NCBI GenBank assembly: GCA_044450345.1
Contig: JBIOIY010000063.1
Location: forward strand, 1 to 15,103
Source of the DNA: Thermodesulfovibrionales bacterium
Lineage (GTDB): Bacteria; Nitrospirota; Thermodesulfovibrionia; Thermodesulfovibrionales; UBA6898
Direction: 5' to 3'
DNA: 15,103 bases
Every line of letters begins with the position of its first letter. Position 1 is the first letter of the stretch. A program made the position numbers and the translations under genes. This document shows, piece by piece, positions 1-6,669 of the stretch. A model generated the notes under the pieces. The model was not told the DNA's origin. It saw nothing but the letters and a program-made list of their open reading frames with translations, and did not search any database.

Positions 1-1455
1 GATTACGGACCTCAGAGGTATCTTCTTCTTAAGCGGTTTTCCGCCCTTAGAGAAGGTCAGAAGCTGTGTCGTAAGGTTCACGGACATATGCAAGGCCTTC
101 TCCGCCTGCTCAAGCATCGCGAGGGAATGCTCCTTCTGGTCTAGGGTCATCTTGGCCATGGATATATACCCGAACACTCCCTGCAGCAAGTTGTTGAAAT
201 CGTGTGCGATTCCTCCGGCAAGCAAGCCAATGGCTTCAAGTTTCTGCATGCGAACATCTTCTTCCTCCTGTTTTTTCCTGTCTGAGACATCCTGGAGAAT
301 GACAGCCACATTCCCCGGGCCCGTCTGGAAAGCGAGGATGTCGAAGATTCCCAGCTGACTGTCCTGACTTTCAACACCTCTCAGTTCGATTTTGCCGCCC
401 TTCGACGCCAGGTTTCTCACTATTTCGTTTAAATTTTTATGATATCGATTAGGAAACAGGACAGCCAGTTCTTCAAGAGAGTCCACGTCCGGACCAAATC
501 GTTTCCGGGCAGCGGGATTAACGTTGACAACGGCTATATTTCCATCATCCTGCAGCCTGTATATAAGCGCACCGAAGGGAAGGGTGTCTACCATGCTCTT
601 CATCTGAAGTTGGTAGTTTTTGAGTTCCTGTCCGATGCGGATATGATCAAGGACAATGTCTTCATACATGTCGTTGGTACGCGATACGACGGAAAAAATC
701 GGTTCATCCCGTTGCTCCTCGAGCAGGTCACCCACAAGTAGTCCGATAACGCAGATCCTCAACTGGGAGGCCTGTTCGGGACTCACTGAAGCGAATTGTA
801 TCGCCATCCCCGGTACGCTCGAAACTCCATCAGGCTCGGCGACCTTCGAGTACAGGACCTTTCCCTGGAAACGTAAGGGGGTCTCGAAACCGAGCGGGAC
901 AGAAACTGCTACATCCTCTCCTCTTGGAAGTGGGTTCCTGCTCCTGACGAAGATGCCGCCCTCCGAAAGAGAGGTGGCCCAGAGTTCGGTTTCCCTGCCA
1001 CCATGGGAGAGTACTACCTTTTCACGAAAGGATGTCCGCAGGTGAACACGTTTCTCACCGGAAGAGAAGTCGATTATGTCATAGACAACTTTGTACAGCT
1101 GGAATATGTTGACCGGCCTGCTCAGATATTGCACTCCACCCAATTTTCTGATGGCCCGATTGCATTCCTCATCTTCGGAATCGCAGACCATGACGACGGG
1201 AACTCCGGCAAAGGCTTCGTCTTGCCGGAGGCTTATCAAAAAGGATACACCCTTCATATCCTCGAGGAAACTGCCCAGCATGACCAGGTCGGGCTTCATG
1301 ACCTTCATGAGGTCCTGCAAAATAGTGCCTTTCTTCAGAGGCACTATGCGAAATCCCATACGTTCGAGGAGTATCCTGAGATAGATGAGAAACGACTCGC
1401 TTCGGTCGGCGAGAAAGATGGTCTTTCTCGTCTCCTGAAGAATTTTGCTATTCAT
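1..1455 (-). CDS. Sensor histidine kinase, 3'-truncated by the window edge: atypical receiver + PilZ + PAS + HisKA
   Basis: Not in the ORF track; translated by hand. ATG at 1455, purine-rich GGGGGA upstream, open to position 1 (485 codons). N-terminal REC-like fold (KTIFLADRSESFLIYLRILLERMGFRIV..KPDLVMLG..GVPVVMV..YLSRPVN). PilZ motifs (EKRVHLR, SLSEGGIFV, GMAIQF). PAS-like segment (VVNVNPAARKRFG..VILQDVSDRKK). H-box LEAIGLLAGGIAHDFNNLL. Confidence 0.92.
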   Translation of the reverse strand, partial: MNSKILQETRKTIFLADRSESFLIYLRILLERMGFRIVPLKKGTILQDLMKVMKPDLVMLGSFLEDMKGVSFLISLRQDEAFAGVPVVMVCDSEDEECNRAIRKLGGVQYLSRPVNIFQLYKVVYDIIDFSSGEKRVHLRTSFREKVVLSHGGRETELWATSLSEGGIFVRSRNPLPRGEDVAVSVPLGFETPLRFQGKVLYSKVAEPDGVSSVPGMAIQFASVSPEQASQLRICVIGLLVGDLLEEQRDEPIFSVVSRTNDMYEDIVLDHIRIGQELKNYQLQMKSMVDTLPFGALIYRLQDDGNIAVVNVNPAARKRFGPDVDSLEELAVLFPNRYHKNLNEIVRNLASKGGKIELRGVESQDSQLGIFDILAFQTGPGNVAVILQDVSDRKKQEEEDVRMQKLEAIGLLAGGIAHDFNNLLQGVFGYISMAKMTLDQKEHSLAMLEQAEKALHMSVNLTTQLLTFSKGGKPLKKKIPLRSVI

Positions 1456-1750
1456 GTTCTCGGTCCCCCATGCGTTTCTACTACCCCGTTGCAAAAGTCC
1501 CATTGGCAAGAAGTATGCTGATATTCACCAGCATTTGAGTAAGTACATGTTAGAAAAAGATATTAACAAAATAGCTCCTTTTTATTCCACTGGAAAAATA
1601 AAAAAAAGGAAACAAAAAAATCGCGGCATTCCTCTCAAACTTTATTTTGACTCTCCGTCTAAATTGCCCGGCAAGGGAAAAACGGGAGATTGTAGGGATT
1701 CCTCGAATCCCGGAAGGGGGTTTTGGGGTGGAAGGAAGAAATTTCCTAAC

Positions 1751-1787
1751 GATACCCCGCCGGCTCTGCGGCCGGGGAGTTTTCATT
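1751..1787 (+). mobile_element. Solo IS200/IS605-end-like GC-rich hairpin (PATE/REP-like)
   Basis: GATACCCCGCCGGCTCTGCGGCCGGGGAGTTTTCATT is an imperfect CCCCG..CGGGG palindrome followed by a short tail ending TCAT. This is the layout of IS200/IS605 subterminal hairpins. Recognised by pattern only. Confidence 0.45.
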
Positions 1788-1883
1788 TCCGGTACGATTT
1801 GTCTTTAAGTTTAGGTTATTTAATCCTTATTTGACAAGAGGTTATAATTCAATAACTTTTTCTGTTGGCAAGGTGTTTTTTAC

Positions 1884-1918
1884 TTGACAAATATCATAAG
1901 TAATACTATCATATTACT
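1884..1918 (+). promoter_or_regulatory. Sigma70-type promoter with an overlapping inverted-repeat operator
   Basis: TTGACA (1884-1889), 17 nt, TATCAT (1907-1912). The inverted repeat AGTAATA-N6-TATTACT (1899-1918) straddles the -10 box. Confidence 0.7.
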
Positions 1919-1952
1919 AAAGCAATACAAATGGCATGTAAAACTTGAGGTT

Positions 1953-2115
1953 CTGAAGCCGATAACCTTAAGACTTGATAAAGAAGATCATGAAAAAACT
2001 GGGGGAGTACCTCAGCGAACGGAGGTTTTGGATGAAACAGCAGGAGAGAAGCAAAAACGCTTACCCGGGCGGAACGAAGGGAGTGAGGACAGAGGGTGAA
2101 GGAATGAAAGCGGGT
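1953..2115 (+). pseudogene. Frameshifted, internally deleted paralog of the RHH regulator gene at 3055-3426
   Basis: LKPITLRLDKEDHEK, then one extra A in the A6 run at 1993-1998, then LGEYLSE..FWMKQ..AYPGG. Compare LKPTTLRLDEEEYEKLKKYLEE..SWLKQ..NMPGG in the 3055 ORF. The ATG-CCA start is absent after the shared TGAGG. Confidence 0.7.
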
Positions 2116-2181
2116 GTTCGAAATGTGAGCGATTCTCACAAAAAACAATCAGAAACCATAACCCAAAAAGGAGGTCAGACA

Positions 2182-2472
2182 ATGGAACAGAAAACATTTT
2201 TCGCAGGTTTTGACATGAGGACAGTCAGTGAAGATGTTGTGAAGTTAATGAAGTTTTCTCTCGACACGACATTTGACAGCTTCACCAAGATCCAGGACTA
2301 CAACGCAAAGATTATGAAGGACATGATCGAGATGAATAAGAAGGCCCAGATGGACGCCGAAAAGATGGTGTATGAGTTCATCGACAATGGAAAAAAGGGT
2401 GTCGATGAGTACAAGAAAGTGGTTACAGGAGGCCTCAAGACGGTCGAAGAGCTGATTCAGCCCAAGAAATAA
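2182..2472 (+). CDS. Putative phasin-like PHA granule-associated protein (96 aa)
   Basis: Strong RBS AAGGAGGT directly upstream of ATG 2182, so the longer 1975 start is unlikely. All-helical, amphipathic M/K/E/F-rich sequence, with its own promoter and terminator next to phaEC. Function is inferred from composition and context. Confidence 0.7.
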   Translation: MEQKTFFAGFDMRTVSEDVVKLMKFSLDTTFDSFTKIQDYNAKIMKDMIEMNKKAQMDAEKMVYEFIDNGKKGVDEYKKVVTGGLKTVEELIQPKK

Positions 2473-2485
2473 CCCAATTATCAGA

Positions 2486-2524
2486 AGTGTGTAAAGGGGG
2501 ATGGGATATCCCCCTTTACACACT
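2486..2524 (+). terminator. Perfect 17-bp stem-loop after the phasin-like gene (terminator or mRNA stabiliser)
   Basis: AGTGTGTAAAGGGGGAT-gggat-ATCCCCCTTTACACACT, with no U-tract. Confidence 0.7.
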
Positions 2525-2715
2525 CCCTAAGAGGTCACAATAATGTAATAGCTTTTCAAGTAAAGTGGCCTGAGGCCGGCATGTAGCTGCTCGTTATCAT
2601 AATCTCGTTCAAAAGAATAACCATGCAGCGTCATGTCTGTGTTTCATAAATAATTTCGCGGTGGACACCCTCCGGTCTTGCTGTGTGGAGGAGCCGCTTC
2701 CTCCTGTCTTTATTG

Positions 2716-2744
2716 TTGCAAGTGGGATATAAGTATCCTAGAAT
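2716..2744 (+). promoter_or_regulatory. Sigma70-type promoter directly upstream of the tnpB relic (leaderless arrangement)
   Basis: TTGCAA (2716-2721), 17 nt, TAGAAT (2739-2744). ATG lies 6 nt downstream at 2751. Confidence 0.55.
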
Positions 2745-2750
2745 GGAATC

Positions 2751-2951
2751 ATGAAGCTTATGGTAAAGGGTAAACTGCGTACGACCGCTGAACAACATAC
2801 TTGTATTCTGAAAACGATGAAGGCTTTCAATGAGGCTTGTAATTATATATCGCAGTCCATGCTCCCGTTCCTACCGTTCATTCTGTCGGAACCGCAAGCT
2901 CTCTGCAGCCAGGGTTATTAACGCCCTGTGCTTTAACACAGGGTAATTGAA
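2751..2951 (+). mobile_element. tnpB: Internally deleted IS200/IS605-family tnpB element (5' end of tnpB joined to the right-end hairpin)
   Basis: 56-aa ORF at 2751-2921. The first 35 aa, MKLMVKGKLRTTAEQHTCILKTMKAFNEACNYISQ, match the TnpB N-terminal pattern (MKLTxKxKL.PT.EQ...L..TM..FNEACNYIS). It is followed by GCCCTGTG-CTTTAA-CACAGGG-TAATTGAA (2923-2951), resembling the right end/omegaRNA 3' hairpin. Confidence 0.75.
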
Positions 2952-3054
2952 TATTAACAAGATGTTATGAACAGTCTATTCTACCTATCGGAAAAAATGT
3001 CATACATGAGACATATTAATACAATACAAAAAAACACAAATGAAATGAGGAGCT

Positions 3055-3426
3055 ATGCCACTGAAGCCCACGACGTTAAGGCTCGATGAGGAAGAATATG
3101 AGAAGTTGAAAAAGTATCTGGAGGAATTTGGCGATCCGGATATCAACGTGGCGTATATCTTGAGATCCTATATACGGGACCTCAACAGGGCGATGCCTTT
3201 TATGATTAAATCAGGCAGGGACCTGAAAACCTATTTTGGGTTACTCGGTTCCTGGCTCAAACAGTTTGGTTCGATAACCGATGCTGATATGTTCTCCAAG
3301 ATGATCAACCCATGGGCATTATGGAATATGCCGGGTGGAGCTCCTGAGAGAGGTGCGGAAAGGTCTGAGAATGGCGCGGAGAAAGGGAAAAGCGAAGGCA
3401 AGGAGACAGGCAGCAAGGAAGAATAA
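3055..3426 (+). CDS. Putative ribbon-helix-helix (CopG/Arc/MetJ-like) regulator of the pha cluster
   Basis: RBS GAGGAG. N-terminus follows the RHH pattern: beta strand PTTLRL, helix DEEEYEKLKKYLEEFG, helix INVAYILRSYIRDL. Then an aromatic amphipathic segment (YFGLLGSWLKQF..NPWALW) and a charged disordered tail. First gene of the operon. Confidence 0.7.
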   Translation: MPLKPTTLRLDEEEYEKLKKYLEEFGDPDINVAYILRSYIRDLNRAMPFMIKSGRDLKTYFGLLGSWLKQFGSITDADMFSKMINPWALWNMPGGAPERGAERSENGAEKGKSEGKETGSKEE

Positions 3427-3473
3427 AACCGGAAGATTCGATAATCGAACTTCCCACAGTGAAAGGAGGCGAT

Positions 3474-3917
3474 ATGACTAGCGACGACTGTAGCTCGAAG
3501 ATGAATGACATGTTTACCAATCCGCTCTTCAAGATGGGGTTTTTCGACTTTTTCTTGAAGATGCAGCAGGAAGGTATAGATGCGGCGCGAAAGTACTGGA
3601 TCAAATATGCGCAAGATAACAGCTTCTTTCCGGGTACCATGGATACGTATGAACGAATGGCTGACTTCTACATCATACTCGGTCTTGTGCCGAAAATAAA
3701 ACATGATCAGGTCCTCAGTGAAAACAATAGCCTGAAGGAAGAGAACAAGTTTCTCAGAGATACCATTAAGGAACTTCAGATCAACCTTTTTGCCGAGGGC
3801 GGGGAAGCGGCCCGGCGCATCTGGCACGAAAGCATCGACAAGCAGCTTGAAGTAAACAAGGAGATCTCGAAGAACTTCTTTGAGCTCTTCAGGATGTTAA
3901 AGGTGAGTAGCGAGTAG
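3474..3917 (+). CDS. Uncharacterised helical/coiled-coil protein, probably PHA granule-associated (147 aa)
   Basis: RBS GAAAGGAGG upstream of ATG 3474. LGLVPKxKHDxVL motif followed by a coiled coil. A paralog within this window (8885-9598) supports that it is coding. Confidence 0.8.
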   Translation: MTSDDCSSKMNDMFTNPLFKMGFFDFFLKMQQEGIDAARKYWIKYAQDNSFFPGTMDTYERMADFYIILGLVPKIKHDQVLSENNSLKEENKFLRDTIKELQINLFAEGGEAARRIWHESIDKQLEVNKEISKNFFELFRMLKVSSE

Positions 3918-3989
3918 TCTGCTCCCGGATTATTCCGGATTTAGGTCAGTATTCTACTGATTATTTTATAAAAGTATGAGGTGAGAAGT

Positions 3990-4340
3990 ATGGATAAAGT
4001 AGTCGACTATGTTGATGCGTGGATGAAGTCCCAGAAGGATTTCATGGAGAACTGGGTAAAGTCCCAGAAGGATCTGATGGAGAGCTTCACCGAGGCAACG
4101 AAGAAACTTCAGGAGTCTCTTATGGCCACGGGCGGCTCGCAGGAAGGTCCGGCAAAGGAGATGTTTGCAATGTACAACTCGTGGCTGACGACGCTCGTTA
4201 ATTCCTCAAAAGGTTTTTCTGACCAAGCAGGGAAGATACAGGAGAACTGGAAGAACACCGTCGAAAAGCAGATGGAGATGACCAAGGAGATGGTAAAGAA
4301 GATGTCTGAGCTGTTTCCGCAGCCCGGCGAGAAAAAATAG
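3990..4340 (+). CDS. Phasin-like protein homologous to the PhaE N-terminal region (116 aa)
   Basis: RBS GAGGTG upstream of ATG 3990. W/M/Q-rich amphipathic helices. DY-D-W-KSQ, TE-T-K-Q--L---GG and MY-SW are shared with the adjacent PhaE N-terminus. Confidence 0.75.
   Translation: MDKVVDYVDAWMKSQKDFMENWVKSQKDLMESFTEATKKLQESLMATGGSQEGPAKEMFAMYNSWLTTLVNSSKGFSDQAGKIQENWKNTVEKQMEMTKEMVKKMSELFPQPGEKK
4020..4085 (+). repeat. In-frame 33-bp tandem duplication (11-aa repeat)
   Basis: WMKSQKDFMEN / WVKSQKDLMES; 28 of 33 nt identical by hand count. Confidence 0.9.
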
Positions 4341-4367
4341 GGCTACTGCCTGGAAAGGAGATATTTC

Positions 4368-5432
4368 ATGGAAAGCACGAAGGACTATTTCGACATCTGG
4401 CGTAAGTCACAGGAGCTCGTCTTTGGGAACCTGACCGAGATGACGCAGAAATTCCAGCAGGGCCTCCAGGGTCTCGGGGGCAATGTAGGAGGGATGCAGG
4501 GCTTCGGCGGTTTCCAGGATATGTATACCTCGTGGGCAAAGTCAGTAATGAATGCCCTGCAGGGGACAGAGACAGCCGATATGGATTTTGTAAAGGAGAC
4601 CCTTTCGAAAACCCTGACCTGCTCCATTGCCTACCAGAAGCTATATGAAATATGGCTCCCTTTCTTTAAGGCAATTCAGGAAAAAAGCGTAAGCCCCAAT
4701 TCCTACAAGGATCTGACTGACCCGGCAAAATTCAAGGAGATGATGGACCGCGTCTTCGGTTTTGATCCCACCGCAGTTTCCCAGATGGTCGAACAGGCCA
4801 CAAAGCTCCTTGAAACCCTGGCGGGATATTCGCAGGGCTTTCTGAAACCCTGGTTGGATGCTTCCGGGAAAAGCTTCAAAGAATTTCCCAACATAATGGA
4901 AGGTCACCCAGAATCGGTTATGAAGATCTTCCATACGTTGTTTCGCGCCTTTGACAGCACCGTAGGCAGGGCGTTTCATGTCCCCGCCGTGGGGAAGGAC
5001 AGGGAGAAGATAGAGCTGCTTCTTAGGAGCCTTGATGATCTCTCGGTCTACCTTGCCAAGAGGACAGAATACGAGCATACGATGTACGTCACTGGTCTCG
5101 GGGCATTCGAAAAAGTAATCGCTACCCTTGCGGATAAGGTCAGCAAGGGGGAGGAGTTCAAGAGATTCGACGAATTCTTCGACCTCTGGATCAGTGTGAG
5201 CGAGAAGGCCTACTATGCCCTTTTTCAGACGCAGGAGTTCTCGAAGATGCAGGGAGAACTGCTCGAAACATCTGCGCATCTGCGGCAGCACAACTTTAAG
5301 TTGATGGAGCTCTATCTCTACGATTTTCCCATCGCACTCCGTTCGGAAATGGATGCTCTGTACAAGACGGTCTACGACCTGAAGAAGAAAGTGAAAAGCC
5401 TCGAAAAACGGATCGGGGAGGTGCACGCATGA
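4368..5432 (+). CDS. phaE: Class III PHA synthase subunit PhaE
   Basis: 354 aa. C-terminal PhaE signature FFDLWISVSEKAY..F.TQEFSKMQGEL..PIALRSEMDALYKTVYDLKKKV. Its stop overlaps the phaC start (ATGA 5429-5432). Confidence 0.92.
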   Translation: MESTKDYFDIWRKSQELVFGNLTEMTQKFQQGLQGLGGNVGGMQGFGGFQDMYTSWAKSVMNALQGTETADMDFVKETLSKTLTCSIAYQKLYEIWLPFFKAIQEKSVSPNSYKDLTDPAKFKEMMDRVFGFDPTAVSQMVEQATKLLETLAGYSQGFLKPWLDASGKSFKEFPNIMEGHPESVMKIFHTLFRAFDSTVGRAFHVPAVGKDREKIELLLRSLDDLSVYLAKRTEYEHTMYVTGLGAFEKVIATLADKVSKGEEFKRFDEFFDLWISVSEKAYYALFQTQEFSKMQGELLETSAHLRQHNFKLMELYLYDFPIALRSEMDALYKTVYDLKKKVKSLEKRIGEVHA

Positions 5433-6616
5433 AATCAATAGTGGAAAATTTCAGCGTACATAATTTCATCAAGGAGATCGGCGAAATCAACACGAAACTC
5501 ATCAAGGGCACAGGAACCCTCGCCGGAATAAACGAGATAGACGTCGGGACCGCGCCGAAGGAACTCGTCTACGAAGAAGACAAGCTCAAGCTCTACCACT
5601 ATACGCAGGAAGGCAAGATAACCTGTAAGGTGCCGGTGCTGATCGTTTACGCCCTGGTGAACCGGCAGTACATCCTTGACCTCCAGCCTGACAGGAGCAT
5701 CGTAAGGAACCTTCTGCAGCACGGCATGGACCTGTATATCATTAATTGGGGGTATCCTACAAAGTCGGATATGTATCTTACCCTTGATGATTATATCACC
5801 GGATATCTGGACAATTGCGTCGATTTTATCAGGAAGAGAGCCGGGAAGGACAAGATAAATCTGATGGGCATCTGTCAGGGCGGGACCTTTTCAGGGATCT
5901 ATTCTGCCCTGTACCCGGAGAAAGTGAAGAATCTGGTTGCCATGGTGGCGCCCTTCGATTTTTCGACAAATGACGGCCTTCTCTTCAGCTGGTCAAAAAA
6001 TTTGAATATAGATTCTCTCGTCGATGCCTATCGGATCATCCCCGGGGATTTCATGAATTCCGGTTTCCTCATGCTGATGCCCTTCGCCCTCAATATCAAA
6101 AAGTACGTGGACATGCTCGATGTGATAGAAGACAGGGAGAAGCTCCTCAATTTCCTCCGGATGGAAAAATGGATATTCGACAGTCCCGGTCAGCCAGGAG
6201 AATGCCTGAGGCAGTTCGTCAAGGACTGCTATCAGGGCAACAAGCTCATCAAGGGGGAACTCAGGGTCGGCGACCGTCTGGTCGATCTCAAGAACATAAC
6301 GATGCCCTTGCTCAATATCTACGCCTCTGCAGACCATCTGGTGCCTCCTGCCGCGACACGGCCTCTCAATGACGCCGTCGGCACGACGGATAAAACGCTG
6401 TACGAGTTCAAGGGCGGGCACATTGGTCTTTTTGTCGGCTCGAAGTCCCAGAAGGAACTCGCGCCAACCCTTGCCACCTGGCTTCACGAGCGGGACGGAG
6501 AAGATCAGACAAAGACTTCCAAAAAACCGGAGAGCACCAGGGCTGTAAAGGCCGGCCGGACAACTGCTGGCAGAAAACGAATCCTGAAGGATACCGGGCG
6601 GCGCAAGACGAAATAG
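5429..6616 (+). CDS. phaC: Class III PHA synthase subunit PhaC
   Basis: 395 aa. VYALVNRQYILDLQPDRS, lipase-box-like GICQGG (catalytic Cys), FLRMEKWIFDSP, DHLVP (Asp), GGHIG (His). Confidence 0.97.
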   Translation: MKSIVENFSVHNFIKEIGEINTKLIKGTGTLAGINEIDVGTAPKELVYEEDKLKLYHYTQEGKITCKVPVLIVYALVNRQYILDLQPDRSIVRNLLQHGMDLYIINWGYPTKSDMYLTLDDYITGYLDNCVDFIRKRAGKDKINLMGICQGGTFSGIYSALYPEKVKNLVAMVAPFDFSTNDGLLFSWSKNLNIDSLVDAYRIIPGDFMNSGFLMLMPFALNIKKYVDMLDVIEDREKLLNFLRMEKWIFDSPGQPGECLRQFVKDCYQGNKLIKGELRVGDRLVDLKNITMPLLNIYASADHLVPPAATRPLNDAVGTTDKTLYEFKGGHIGLFVGSKSQKELAPTLATWLHERDGEDQTKTSKKPESTRAVKAGRTTAGRKRILKDTGRRKTK

Positions 6617-6669
6617 ACACGGGGAGACAACACCCCCTAACAGGACCTTAGTACAGGGAGGTTTTTATT

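Noticed and set aside
147..1521. Several short ORFs in the track (152-358, 439-741, 656-1045, 1003-1521, 1091-1384 on +; 147-377 on -)
   Set aside because: They are antisense or out-of-frame shadows of the minus-strand kinase gene at 1-1455.
1560..1569. 10-nt match (ATATTAACAA) to the flank at 2951-2960 as a TnpB guide target
   Set aside because: Too short and AT-rich to distinguish from chance.
1445..1834. 129-aa and 78-aa ORFs in the divergent intergenic region
   Set aside because: They run through A-tracts and hairpins and have non-protein-like composition.
1831..1848. Perfect TTGACA and TATAAT hexamers
   Set aside because: They are only 6 nt apart, so they cannot form one sigma70 promoter.
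1975..2181. N-terminal extension of the 165-aa ORF as a real protein start
   Set aside because: The strong RBS points to ATG 2182, and the extension is better explained as the RHH pseudogene.
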